Shown in pieces: positions 35,701 through 50,700 of a stretch of DNA of 64,000 bases. Both the position numbers and the translations under genes were made by a program. Location: NCBI GenBank assembly GCA_964016885.1, contig OZ024744.1, forward strand, positions 104,904,001 through 104,968,000, given 5' to 3'. The notes under the pieces were generated by a model that had not been told where the DNA came from, made no database searches, and saw only the letters and a program-made list of their open reading frames with translations. Each line of letters starts with the position of its first letter. Within the stretch, counting starts at the first letter, position 1. Source of the DNA: Eledone cirrhosa (taxonomy: Eukaryota).

Positions 35701-38700
35701 GGTTTAGTTTTCATATACAGTAGTTGTCATATAGTGTAGTTGTCATATAGCGTAGTAGTCATATGGTGTAGTTTTCATATACAGTAGTTGTCATATAGTG
35801 TAGTTGTCATATAGTATAGTTGTCATGTACTGTGGTTGTCATATAGTGTAGTTATTATAGTGTGGTTGTCATATAGTGTGGTTGTCATATAATGTGGTTG
35901 TCATATAGTGTAGTTGTCATATAGTGTAGTTGTCATATAGAGTAGTTGTCATATAGTGTGGTTGTTATATAGTGTGGTTGTCCTATAGTGTAGTTGTCAT
36001 ATAGAGTATTTGTCATACAGAGTAGTTGTCATATAGTGTGGTTGTCATATAGTGTGGTTGTCATATAGTGTATTTGTCATATAGAATAGTTGTCATATAG
36101 TGTGGTTGTCATATAGTGTAGTTGTCATATAGTGTAGTTGTCATATAGTGTGGTTGTCATATAGTGTAGTTGTCACAGTGTGGTTGTCATATAGTGTGGT
36201 TGTGATATAGTGTAGTTGTCATATAATGTAGTTGTCACAGTGTGGTTGTCATATAGTGTAGTCATATAGAATAGTTGTCATATAGTGTGGTTGTCATATA
36301 GCGTGGTTGTCATATTGTGTAGTTGTCATATAGTGTAGTTGTGAAATAGTGTAGTTGTCATATAGTGTAGTAATCATATAGTGTGGTTGTCATATAGTTT
36401 GGTTGTCATATAATGTAGTTGTCATATAGTGTCGCTGACCTATAGTGTAGTTGTCATATAGTGTGGTTGTCATATAGTGTGGATGTCATATAGTGAGGTT
36501 ATCATATAGTGTAGTTGTCATATAGAGTAGTTGTCATAGTGTGGTGTAATATAGTGTAGTTGTCATCTAGTGTGGTTTTCAGATAGTGTATTTGTTAAAT
36601 AGTATAGTTGTCATATAGAGTAGTTGTCATATAGTGTGGTTTTCATATAGTGTGGTTATCATATAGTCTGGTTGTCATATAGTGTAGTTGTCAGATAGTG
36701 TAGTTGTCATATAGAGTAGTCGTCATATAGAGTAGTTATCATATTGTGTGGTTGTCTTATATTGTGGTTGTCATTTAGTGTGTTTGTCATATAGTGCAGT
36801 TGTCATATACAGTAGTTGTCATATAGTGTGGTTGTCATATAGTGTAGTTGTCACAGTGTGGTTGTCATATAGTGTAGTTGTCATAGAGTGTAGTTGTCAT
36901 ATAGTGTAGTTTTCATATGGAGTAGTTGTCATATAGTGTAGTTGTCATATAGTGTGGTTGTCATATAGTGTGGTTGTCATATAGTGTAGTTGTCATATAG
37001 TGTGGTTGTCATATAGTGTAGTTTTCATATAGTGTAGTTGTCATATAGGGTAGTTGTCATATAGAGTAGTTGTCATAGTGTGGTGTCATATAGTGTAGTT
37101 GTCATAGTATGGTTGTCATATGATATGGTTGTCATATAGAATATTTGTCATAGATTGTTGTTGTCATATAGTGAGGTATTATAGAGTATTTTCATATAGT
37201 GTAGTTGTTATATAGTGTGGTTGTTATATAATGTTTCTCGTATAGTGTGGTTGTCATGTAGTGTAGTTGTCATATAGTATGGTTGTCATATAGTGTGGTT
37301 GTCATATACTATGGTTGTCATATAGTGTAGTCGTCATATAGTGTAGTTGTCATATAGAGTAGTTGTCATAGAGAGTAGTTGTCATATAGTGTGGTTGTCA
37401 TACAGTGTGGTTGTCATGTAGTGTGGTTGTCATATAGTGTAGTTGTAGTTAGTGTGGTTGTCATATAGTGTACTTGTTATAGTGTGGTTGTCATATAGTG
37501 TGGTTGTCATATAATGTAGTTGTCATATAGTGTATTTGTCATATAGAGTAGTTGTCATATAGTATGGTTGTAATATAGTGTAGTTGTCACAGTGTGGTTG
37601 TCATATAGTGTGGTTGTGATATAGTGTAGTAGTCATATAGAGTAGTTGTCATATAGTGTGGTTGTTATATAGTGTAGTTGTCACAGTGTCGTTGTCATAT
37701 AGTGTACTCATATAGAGTCGTTGTCATATAGTGTAGTTAACATATAGTGTAGTTGTCATGTAGTTTAGTTGTCATATAGAGTAGTTGTCATATAGTGTAG
37801 TTGTATTATAGTGAGTTTGTCATATAATGTAGCTGTCATATAATGTAGTTGTCATATAGTGTAGTTGTCATATAGAGTAGTTGTCATATAGTGTAGTTGT
37901 CATGTAGTGTGGTTGTCATATAGTGTAGTTGTTATAGTGTGGTTGTCATATAGTGTGGTTGTCATATAGAGTAATTGACATATAGTGTAGTTGTCATATA
38001 GAGTAATTGACATATAGTGTAGTTGTCATATAGTGTAGTTGTCATATAGTGTAGTTGTCATGTAGTGTGGTTGTCATATAGTGTAGTTGTTATAGTGTGG
38101 TTGTCATATAGTGTGGTTGTCATATAGTGCAGTTGTCATATAGAGTAGTTGTCATATAGTGTAGTTGTCATATAGTGTGGTTGTCATATAGTGTAGTTGT
38201 CAGAGTGTGGTTGTCATATAGTGTAGTTGTCAACTAGTGTGGTTGTCATATAGTTTATTTGTCATATAGTATAGTTGTCATATAGAGTAGTTGTCATATA
38301 GTGTGGTTGTCATATAGTGTGGTTCTCATATAGTGTAGTTGGCATATAGTGTCGTTGTAATATAGTGTGGTTTTCATATAGTGTGGTTGTCATATAGTGT
38401 ACTTGTCATATAGAGTAGTTGTCATATAGTGTGGTTGTCATATAGTGTTGTCATATAGTTTCGTTGTCATATAGTGTAGTTGTCATATAGTGTAGTTGTC
38501 ATATAATGTAGTTGTCATATAGTGTAGTTATTTTAGTGTGGTTGTCATATAGTGTGGTTGCCATATAGCGTGGTTGTCATATAGTGTAGTTGTCATATAG
38601 TGTAGTTGTCATATAGAGTAATTGTCATATAGTGTAGTTGTCAAATAGAGTAGTTGGCATATAGTGTGGTTGTCATATAGTGTGGTTGTCATATAGTGCA

Positions 38701-41700
38701 GTTGTCATATAGAGTAGTTGTCATATAGTGTAGTTGTCATGTAGTGTGGTTGTCATATAGTGTAGTTATCAGAGTGTGGTTGTCATATAGTGTAGTTGTC
38801 AACTATTGTGGTTGTCATATAGTGTGGTTCTCATATAGTGTAGTTGGCATATAGTGTCGTTGTAATATAGTGTGGTTTTCAAATAGTGTGGTTGTCATAT
38901 AGTGTACTTGTCATATAGAGTAGTTGTCATATAGTGTGGTTGTCATATAGTGTTGTTGTCATATAGTTTCGTTGTCATATAGTGTAGTTGTCATATAGTG
39001 TAGTTGTCATATAATGTAGTTGTCATATAGTGTAGTTATTTTAGTGTGGTTGTCATATAGTGTGGTTGCCATATAGCGTGGTTGTCATATAGTGTAGTTG
39101 TCATATAGTGTAGTTGTCATATATTGTAGCCGTCATATAATATAGTTGTCATATATTGTGGTTGTCATATAATGTGGTTGTCTTATAGTGTGGTTGTCAT
39201 ATAGTGTAGTTGTCATATAGTGTAGTTGTCATATAGTGTAGTTGTCATATAGTGTGGTTGTATTATAGTGAGTTTGTGATATTGTGTAGCTGTCATATAA
39301 TGTGGTTGTCAGATAGTGTAGTTCTCACAGTGTGATTGTCATATAGTGTAGTTGTCATATAGACTAGTTGTCATATAGTGTGGTTGTATTATAGTGAGTT
39401 TGTCATATAGTGTAGCTGTCATATAATGTGGTTGTATTATAGTGTAGTCATATAGAGTAGTTGTCATATAGTGTGGTTGTCATATAGTGTGGTTGTCATA
39501 TAGTGTGGTTGTTATATAGTGTAGTTGTCATATAGTGTAGTTGTCATATAGAGTAGTTGTCATATAGTGTGGTTGTCATATCGTGTAGTTGTCTTATTGT
39601 GTAGCTGTCATATAGTGTAGTTGTCATATAGTATGGTTGTAATATTGTGTGGTTGTCATATAGTGTAGTTGTCATATAGAGTAGTTGTCATAGTGTGGTG
39701 TCATATAGTGTAGTTGTCATAGTGTGGTTGTCATATAACGTGATTGTCATATAGAGTAGTTGTCACAGAGTGTTGTTCTCATATAGTGAGGTATTATAGA
39801 GTGTTTATCATATAGTGTAGTTTTTATATAGTATGGTAGTGGTATAGTGTTGTTGTCATGTAGTGTAGTTGTCATATAGTATGGTTTCAAACAGTATGGT
39901 TGTCATATACTATGGTTGTCATATAGTGTAGTTGTTATATAGCGTGGTTGTCATATAGTGTGGTTGTCATATAATGTAGTTGTCATATAGAGTAGTTGTC
40001 ATATAGTGTAGTTGTCATATAGAGTAGTTGTCATATAGTGTGGTTGTCATATAGTGGGGTTGTCATATAGTGTAGTTGTCATATAGTGTAGCTGTCATAT
40101 AGTTTAGTTGTCATATAGTGTGGTTGTCATATAGTGTGGTTGTCATATAGTGTAGTTGTCATATAGTGTAGTTGTCATATAGTGTGGTTATCATATAGTG
40201 TGGTTGGCATATAGTGTGGTTGTCATATAGTGTAGTTTTCATATAGAATAGTTGTCATAGTGTGGTTATCATATAGTGTGGTTGTCATATGATGTGATTG
40301 TCATATAGAGTAGTTGTCATAGAGTGTGGTTGTCATATAGTGAGGTATTATAGAGTGTTTATCATATAGTGTAGTTGTTATATACTATGGTTGTGGTATA
40401 GTGTGGTTGTCATATAGTGTAGTTGTCATATAGTATGGTTTCATATGGTATGGTTGTCATATACTATGGTTGTCATATAGTGTAGTTGTCATATAGTGTG
40501 GTTGTCATATAGTGTAGTTGTCATATAGTGTAGTTGTCATATAGAGTAGTTGTCATATAGTGTAGTTGCCATATAGTGTGGTTGTCATATAGTGGGTTGT
40601 CATATAGTGTGGTTGTCATATAGTGTAGTTGTCACAGTGCGCTTGTCTTATAGTGTGGTTGTCATATAGTGTAGTTGCCATATAGAGTAGTTGTCATATA
40701 GTGTGGTTGTCATATAGTGTAGTTGTCGCAGCGTGGTTGTCATATAGTGTAGTTGTCATATAGTGTAGTTGTCATAGTGTGGTGTCATATAGAGTAGTTG
40801 TCATAGTGTGGTTGTCATATAATGTGGTTGTCATATAGAGTAGTTGTCATATAGTGTGGGTGTCATATAGTGAGGTATTATAGAGTGTTTATCATATAGT
40901 GTAATTGTCATATAGAGTAGTTGTTATATATTGTGGTTGTCATATTGTGTGGTTGTCATATAGTGTAGTTGTCATATAGAGTAGTTGTTATATAGTGTAG
41001 TTGTCATATAGTGTGGTTGTCATATAGTGTGGTTGTCATATAGTGTGGTTCTCATATAGTGTAGTTGGCATATAGTGTCGTTGTAATATAGTGTGGTTTT
41101 CATATAGTGTGGTTGTCATATAGTGTACTTGTCATATAGAGTAGTTGTCATATAGTGTGGTTGTCATATAGTGTTGTTATCATATAGTTTCGTTGTCATA
41201 TAGTGTAGTTGTCATATAGTGTAGTTGTCATATAATGTAGTTGTCATATAGTGTAGTTATTTTAGTGTGGTTGTCATATAGTGTGGTTGCCATATAGCGT
41301 GGTTGTCATATAGTGTAGTTGTCATATAGTGTAGTTGTCATATAGAGTAATTGTCATATAGTGTAGTTGTCAAATAGAGTAGTTGGCATATAGTGTGGTT
41401 GTCATATAGTGTGGTTGTCATATAGTGCAGTTGTCATATAGAGTAGTTGTCATATAGTGTAGTTGTCATGTAGTGTGGTTGTCATATAGTGTAGTTATCA
41501 GAGTGTGGTTGTCATATAGTGTAGTTGTCAACTATTGTGGTTGTCATATAGTGTGGTTCTCATATAGTGTAGTTGGCATATAGTGTCGTTGTAATATAGT
41601 GTGGTTTTCAAATAGTGTGGTTGTCATATAGTGTACTTGTCATATAGAGTAGTTGTCATATAGTGTGGTTGTCATATAGTGTTGTTGTCATATAGTTTCG

Positions 41701-44700
41701 TTGTCATATAGTGTATTTGTCATATAGTGTAGTTGTCATATAATGTAGTTGTCATATAGTGTAGTTATTTTAGTGTGGTTGTCATATAGTGTGGTTGCCA
41801 TATAGCGTGGTTGTCATATAGTGTAGTTGTCATATAGTGTAGTTGTCATATATTGTAGCCGTCATATAATATAGTTGTCATATATTGTGGTTGTCATATA
41901 ATGTGGTTGTCTTATAGTGTGGTTGTCATATAGTGTAGTTGTCATATAGTGTAGTTGTCATATAGTGTAGTTGTCATATAGTGTGGTTGTATTATAGTGA
42001 GTTTGTGATATTGTGTAGCTGTCATATAATGTGGTTGTCAGATAGTGTAGTTGTCACAGTGTGATTGTCATATAGTGTAGTTGTCATATAGACTAGTTGT
42101 CATATAGTGTGGTTGTATTATAGTGAGTTTGTCATATAGTGTAGCTGTCATATAATGTGGTTGTATTATAGTGTAGTCATATAGAGTAGTTGTCATATAG
42201 TGTGGTTGTCATATAGTGTGGTTGTCATATAGTGTGGTTGTTATATAGTGTAGTTGTCATATAGTGTAGTTGTCATATAATGTGGTTGTCATATAGTGTG
42301 GTTGTCATATCGTGTAGTTGTCTTATTGTGTAGCTGTCATATAGTGTAGTTGTCATATAGTATGGTTGTCATATTGTGTGGTTGTCATATAGTGTAGTTG
42401 TCATATAGAGTAGTTGTCATAGTGTGGTGTCATATAGTGTAGTTGTCATAGTGTGGTTGTCATATAACGTGATTGTCATATAGAGTAGTTGTCACAGAGT
42501 GTTGTTCTCATATAGTGAGGTATTATAGAGTGTTTATCATATAGTGTAGTTTTTATATAGTATGGTAGTGGTATAGTGTTGTTGTCATGTAGTGTAGTTG
42601 TCATATAGTATGGTTTCATACAGTATGGTTGTCATATACTACGGTTGTCATATAGTGTAGTTGTTATATAGCGTGGTTGTCATATAGTGTGGTTGTCATA
42701 TAATGTAGTTGTCATATAGAGTAGTTGTCATATAGTGTGGTTGTCATATAGTTTAGTTGTCATATAGTGTAGTTGTCATATAGTGTGGTTATCATATAGT
42801 GTGGTTGGCATATAGTGTGGTTGTCATATAGTGTAGTTTTCATATAGAATAGTTGTCATAGTGTGGTTATCATATAGTGTGGTTGTCATATGATGTGATT
42901 GTCATATAGAGTAGTTGTCATAGAGTGTGGTTGTCATATAGTGAGGTATTATAGAGTGTTTATCATATAGTGTAGTTGTTATATACTATGGTTGTGGTAT
43001 AGTGTGGTTGTCATATAGTGTAGTTGTCATATAGTATGGTTTCATATGGTATGGTTGTCATATACTATGGTTGTCATATAGTGTAGTTGTCATATAGTGT
43101 GGTTGTCATATAGTGTAGTTGTCATATAGTGTAGTTGTCATATAGAGTAGTTGTCATATAGTGTAGTTGCCATATAGTGTGGTTGTCATATAGTGGGTTG
43201 TCATATAGTGTGGTTGTCATATAGTGTAGTTGTCACAGTGTGCTTGTCTTATAGTGTGGTTGTCATATAGTGTAGTTGCCATATAGAGTAGTTGTCATAT
43301 AGTGTGGTTGTCATATAGTGTAGTTGTCGCAGCGTGGTTGTCATATAGTGTAGTTGTCATATAGTGTAGTTGTCATAGTGTGGTGTCATATAGAGTAGTT
43401 GTCATAGTGTGGTTGTCATATAATGTGGTTGTCATATAGAGTAGTTGTCATATAGTGTGGGTGTCATATAGTGAGGTATTATAGAGTGTTTATCATATAG
43501 TGTACTTGTCATATAGAGTAGTTGTCATATATTGTGGTTGTCATATTGTGTGGTTGTCATATAGTGTAGTTGTCATATAGAGTAGTTGTTATATAGTGTA
43601 GTTGTCATATAGTGTGGTTGTCATATAGTGTGGTTGTCATATAGAGTAGTTGTCATATAGTCTAGTTGTCATATAGTGTGGTTGGCTTATAGTGTGGTTG
43701 TCATATAGAGTAGTTGTCATATAGTGTAGTTGTCATATAATCAGGTTGTCATATAGTGTGGTTATCATATAGTGTAGTTGTCATATAGTGTAGTTGTCAT
43801 ATAATGTGGTTCTCATATAGTGTGGTTGTCATATAGTGTGGTTGTCATATAGTGAGGTTTTCATATAGTGTGGTTGTCATATAGTGTAGTTTTCATATAG
43901 TGTAGTTGTCATATAGTGTAGTTGTCATGTAGTGTGGTTATCATATAGTGTAGTTGTTATAGTGTGGTTGTCATATAGTGTGGTTGCCATATAGTGTAGT
44001 TGTCATATAGTGTGGTTGTCATATAGAGTAGTTGGCATATAGTGTGGTTGTCATATAGTGTGGTTATCATATAGTGCATTTGTCATATAGTGTAGTTGTC
44101 ATATAGTGTAGTTGTCATGTAGTGTGGTTGTCATATAGTAGCAGAGTGTGGTTGTCAGATAGTGTAGTTGTCAACTAGTGTGTTTTTCATATAGTGTATT
44201 TGTCATATAGTATAGTTGTCATATAGAGTAGCTGTCATATAGTGTAGTTGTCATATAGTGTATTTGTCATATAGAGTAGTTGTCATATATAGTAGTTGTC
44301 ATATAGAGTAGTTGTCATATAGTGTGGTTTTCATATAGTGTGGTTGTCATATAGTGTAGTTGTCATATAGTGCAGTTGTCATATAGAGTAGTTGTCATAT
44401 AGTGTAGATGTCATATAGTGTGGTTGTCATATAGTGTAGTTGTCAACTAGAGTGGTTGTCATATAGTTTATTTGTCATATAGTATAGTTGTCATATAGTG
44501 TGATTGTCATATAGTGTGGTTGTCATATAGTGTGGTTGTCATATAGTGTCGTTCTCATATAGTGTAGTTGTCATATAGTGTAGTTGTCCTATAGAGTAGT
44601 TGTCATATAATGTAGTTGTCATATAGTGTAGTTGTCATATAGAGTAGCTATCATATAGCGTAGTTGTAATATAGTGTGGTCGTCATATAGTGTGGTTTTC

Positions 44701-47700
44701 ATATAGTGTGGTTGTCATATAGTGTAGTTGTCATATAGAGTAGTTGTCATATTGTGTGGTTGTCATAGAGTGTAGTTGTCACAGTGTGGTTGTATTATGG
44801 TGAGTTTGTCATATGGTGTAGCTGTCATATAATGGGGTTGCCATATAGTGTAGTCATATACAGTAGTTTTCATATAGTGTGGTTGTCATATAGTGTGGTT
44901 GTCATATAGTGAGGTTGTCATATAGTGTGATTGTCATATAGTGGAGCATTCATATAGTGTAGTTGTCATATAGTGTGGTTGTCAAAGAGTGTAGTTGTTA
45001 GAGTGTGGTTGTCATATAGTGTGGTTGTAATATAGTGTGGGTCTCATATAGTGTAGTTGTCATATAGTGTAGTTGTCATGTAGAGTAATTGTCATATAGT
45101 GTAGTTGTCATATAGAGTAGTTGGCATATAGTGTGGTTGTCATATAGTGTGGTTGTCATATAGTGCAGTTGTCATATAGAGTAGTTATCATGTAGTGTGC
45201 TTGTCATATAGTGTAATTGTCACAGTGTGGTTGTCATATAGTGTAGATGTCATATAGAGTAGTTGTCATATAGTGTGCATGTATTATAGTGAGTTTGTTA
45301 TATAGTGTAGCTGTCATATAATGTTGTTGTCATATAGTGTAGTCATATAGATTAGTTGTCATATATTGTGCTTGTCATATAGTGTAGTTGTCATATAGTG
45401 TGGTTGTCATATAGTGTGTTCGTCATATAGTGTATTTGTCATATAGTGTAGTTGTCATATAGTGTAGTTGTCATATAGAGTAGTTGTCATATATTATAGT
45501 TGTCATATAGTCTGGTTGTCATATAGTGTAGTTGTCATATAGTGTAGTTGTCATATAGTGTAGTTGTCATGTAGTGTAGTTGTCATATAGAGTAGTTGTC
45601 ATATAGTGTAGTTGTCATATAGAGTAATTGTCATATAGTGTAGTTGTCATATAGTGTAGTTGTCATATAGTGTAGTTTTTATGTAGAGTGGTTGTCATAT
45701 AGTGTAGTTGTTATAGTGTGGTTGTCATATAGTGTGGTTGTCATATAGTGTGGTTGTCATATAGTGCAGTTGTCATATAGAGTAGTTGTCATATAGTGTA
45801 GTTGTCATATAGTGGGTTGTCATATAGTGTAGTCGTTAGACTGTGGTTGTCATATAGTGTAGTTGTCAACTAGTGTTGTTGTCATATAGTTTATTTGTCA
45901 TATAGTATAGTTGTCATATAGAGTAGTTGTCATATAGTGTGGATGTCATATAGTGTGGTTGTCTTATAATGTGGTTGTCATATTGTGTGTTTCTCATATA
46001 GTGTAGTTGTCATATAGTGTAGTTGTCATATAGAGTAGTTGTCTTATAATGTAGTTGTCATAGAGTGTAGTTGTCATATAGAGTAGTTATCATATAGAGT
46101 AGTTGTAATATAGTGTGGTTGTCATATAGTGTGGTTGTCATATAGTGTACTTGTCATATAGAGTAGTTGTCATATAGTCTGCTTGTCATATAGTGTAGTT
46201 GTCACAGTGTGGTTATCATGTAGTGTGGTAGTGATATAGTGTAGTTGTCAAATAGAGGAGTTGTCATATAGTGTGGTTGTCATATAGTATAGTTGTCACA
46301 GTGTGGTTGTATTATGGTGAGTTAGTCATATAGTGTAGCTGTCATACTGGGGTTGCCATATCGTGTAGTCATATAGAGTAGTTGTCATATAGTGTGGTTG
46401 TCATATAGTGTTGTTGTCATATAGTTTCTTTGTCATATAGTGTAGTTGTCATATAGTGTAGTTGTCATATAATGTAGTTGTCATATAGTGTAGTTATTTT
46501 AGTGTGGTTGTCATATAGTGTGGTTGCCATATAGCGTGATTGTCATATAGTGTAGTTGTCATATAGAGTAATTGTCATATAGTGTAGTTGTCAAATAGAG
46601 TAGTTGGCATATAGTGTGGTTGTCATATAGTGCGTTTGTCATATAGAGTAGTTGTCATATAGTGTAGTTGTCATGTAGTGTGGTTGTCGTATAGTGTAGT
46701 TGTCAGAGTGTGGTTGTCATATAGTGTAGTTGTCAACTAGTGTGGTTGTCATATAGTGTAGTTGTCATATAGTGTAGCTGTCATATAGTCTAGTTGTCAT
46801 ATAGGGTGGTTGTATTATAGTGAGTTTGTCATATTTTGTAGCTGTCATATAATGTGGTTGTCATATAGTGTAATCATATAGAGTAGTTGTCATATAGTGT
46901 AGTTGTCATATAGAGTAGTTGTCATATAGAGTAGTTGTCATATAGTGTAGTTATCATATAGTGTGGTTGTCATATAGTGTAGTTGTCATATTGAGTAGTT
47001 GTCATATAGTGTAGTTGTCATTTAGTGTGGTTGTCATATACTGTGGTTGTCATATAGTGTGGTTATTATATAGTATGGTTGTCATATAGTGTGGTTGTCA
47101 TATAGTGTAGTTGTCATATAGAGTAGTTGTCATAGTGTGGTGTCATAGTGTGGTTGACATATGATGTGATGGTCATATAGAGTATTTGTCATAGACAGTG
47201 GTTGTCATATAGTGTAGTTGTCATATAGAGTAGTTGTCATATAGTGTGGTTGTCGTATAGTGGGGTTGTCATATAGTGTGATTGTCATATAGCGTAGTTG
47301 TCATATAGAGTAGTTGTCATATAGTGTGGTTGTCATATAGTTTAGTTGTTACAGTGTGGTTTTCATATAGTGTAGTTGTCATATAGAGTATTTGTCATAG
47401 TGTGGTGTCATATAGTGTAGTTGTCATAGTGTGGTTGTCATATAATGTGGTTGTCATATAGAGTAGTTGTCATATAGTGTGGTTGTCATATAGTGATGTA
47501 TTATAGAGTGTTTATCATATAGTGTACTTGTCATATAAAGTAGTTGTCATATATTGTGGTTGTCATATTGTGTGGTTGTCATATAGTGTAGTTGTCATAT
47601 AGAGTACTTGTCATATAGTGTGATTGTATTATAGTGTGTTTGTCATAGAGTGTAGCTGTCATATAGTGTAGTTGTCATATAGTATAGTTGTCATATAGAG

Positions 47701-50700
47701 TAGTTGTCATATAGTGTAGTCGTCATATAGTGTAGTTGTCATGTAATTTGGTTATCATGTAGTGTAGTTGTTATAGTGTAGTTGTCATATAGTGTGGTTG
47801 TCATATAGTGTGGTTATCATATAGTGTAGTTTTCATATAGTGTCGTTGTCATACAGAGTAATTGTCATATAGTGTAGTTGTCATATAAATGTAGTTGTCA
47901 TATAGAGTAGTTGTCATATAGTGTAGTTGTCATGTAGTGTGGTTGTCATATAGTGTAGTTGCAGAGTGTGGTTGTCATATAGTGTAGTTGTCAACTAGTG
48001 TGTTTTTCATATAGTGTATTTGTCATATAGTATAGTTGTCATATAGAGTAGTTGTCATATAGTGTGGTTGTCATATAGTGTGGTTGTCATATAGTGTGGT
48101 TGTCATATAGTATGGTTCTCATATAGTGTAGTTGTTATATAGTGTAGTTGTCATATAGAGTAGTTGTCATATAGTGTGCTTGTCATATAGTGTAGTTGTT
48201 ATATAGTGTGGTTGTCATATACTATGGTTGTCATATTATGTGGTTCTCATATAGTGGGGTTGTCATATCGTGTAGTTGTCATATAGTGTAGTTGTCATAT
48301 AGAGTAGTTGTCATATAATGTAGTTGTCATATAGAGTAGTTGTCATATAGTGTGGTTGTAATATTGTGTGGTTGTCATATAGTGTAGTCGTCATATAGAG
48401 TAGTTGTCATATAGTGTAGTTGTCATATAGTGTGGTTGTATTATAGTGAGTTTGTCATATAGTGTAGTTGTTATAGTGTGGTTGTCATATAGTGTGGTTG
48501 TCATATACTGTGGGTGTCATATAGTGTAGTTGTCATATAGTGTATTTGTCATATAGAGTAATTGTCATATGGTGTAGTTGTCATATAGAGTAGTTGGCAT
48601 ATAGTGTGGTTGTCATATAGTGTAGTTGTCAACTAGTGTGTTTGTCATATAGTGTATTTCTCATACAGTATAGTTGTCATATAGATTAGTTTTCATATAG
48701 TGTGGTTGTCATATTGTGTCGTTGTCATATAGTGTGGTTGTCATATAGTATGGTTCTCATATAGTGTAGTTGTCATATAGTATAGTTGTCATTTAGTCTA
48801 GTTGTCATATAGTGTGGTTGTCATATAGTGCAGTTGTCATATAGTGTGGTTGTCATACAGAGTAGTTGTCATATAGTGTAGTTGTCATATAGTGAGGTTT
48901 TCATATAGTGTGGTTATCATATAGTGTAGTTATATAGTGTAGTTGTCATATAGTGTAGTTGTCATATAATGCGGTTGTCATATAGTGTTGTTGTCATATA
49001 GTGTGGTTGTCATATAGTATGGTTCTCTTATTATGTTGTTGTCATATAGTGTAGTTGTCATATAGAGTAGTTGTCATATAGTGTACTTGTGATATAGTGT
49101 AGTTGTCATATAGTGTGGCTGTCATATAGTGTAGTTGTCACAGTGTGGTTGTCATATAGTGTGGTTGTGATATAGTGTAGTTGTGATATAGTGTAGTTGT
49201 CACAGTGTGGTTGTCATATAGTGTAGTTGTCATATAGAGTAGTTGTCATATAGTGTGCTTGTATTCTAATGAGTTTGTCATATAGCGTAGTTATCATATA
49301 GTGTAGTTGTCATGTAGGGTAGTTGTCATATATTGTGGTTGTCATATAGTGTGATTGTCATAAAGTGTAGTTGTCATATAGTGTAGCTGTCATATAGTGT
49401 AGTTGTCATATAGTGTGGTTGTCATATAGTGTGGTTGTCATATAGTGTATTGGTCATATAGAGTAGTTGTCATATAGAGTAGTTGTCATATAGTGTGGTT
49501 GTATTATAGTGAGTTTGTCATATAGTGTAGCTGTCATATAGTGTAGTTGTCATATTGTGTAGTTGTCATATAATAATTTTCATATAGTGTAGTTGTCATA
49601 TAGTGTGGTTGTCATATAGAGTAGTTGTCATATAGTGTAGTTGTCATATAGTGAGGTTTTCATATAGTGTGGTTATCATATAGTGTAGTTATATAGTGTA
49701 GTTGTCATATAGTGTAGTTTCATGTTGTTGGTAGTCATATAGTGTAGTTGTTATAGTGTGGTTGTCAGATAGTGTGGTTGTTATATAGTATGGTTATCAT
49801 ATAGTGTGGTTGTCATATATTGTAGTTGTCATATAGTGAAGTTGTCATATAGAGTAGTTCTCATATAGTGTAATTGTCATAGAGTGTAGTGTGTCATATA
49901 GTGTGGTTGTCATATAGTGTGGTTGTCATTTAGTGAGTGTGGTTGTCATATAGTGTAGTTGTCATATAGTGTGATTGTAATATAGTGTATTTGTTATATA
50001 GTGTGGTTGTCATATAGTGTGGTTGTGATATAGTGTAGTTGTCATATAGTGTGGTTGTCATATAGTGTGGTTGTCATATAGTGTAGTTGTCACAGTCTTG
50101 TTGCCATATAGTGTAGTTGTCATATAGAGTAGTTGTCATATAGTGTTGTTGTATTATTGTGAGTTTGTCATATAGTGTAGCTGTCATAAAAAGTGGTTGT
50201 CATATAGTGTAGTCATATAGAATTGTTATCATATATTGTGGTTGTCATATTGTGTAGTTGTCATATAGTGTGGTTGTCATATAGTGTAGTTGTCATATAG
50301 TGTAGTTGTCATATAGTGTAGTTGTCATATAGAGTAGTTGTCATATAGTTTAGTTGTCATATAGTGTGGTTGTTATATAGTGTGGTTGTCATATAGTGTA
50401 GTTGTCATATAGTGTAGCTGTCATTGAGTTTAATTTTTCATATAGTGTGCTTGTCATATAGTGTGGTTTTCATAGTGTGGTTGTCATATAATGTGGTTGT
50501 CATATGGAGTAGTTGTCATATAGTGTAGTTGTTATATAGGGTGGTTGTCATATACTATTGTTGTCATATAGTGTGGTTGTCATATAGTGTAGTGTTCATA
50601 TATATTAGTTGTCATATAGTGTGGTTGTCATATAGTGTGGTTGTCATATAGAGTAGTTGTCATATAGTGGAGTTGTCATATAGTGTGGTTATCATATAGT

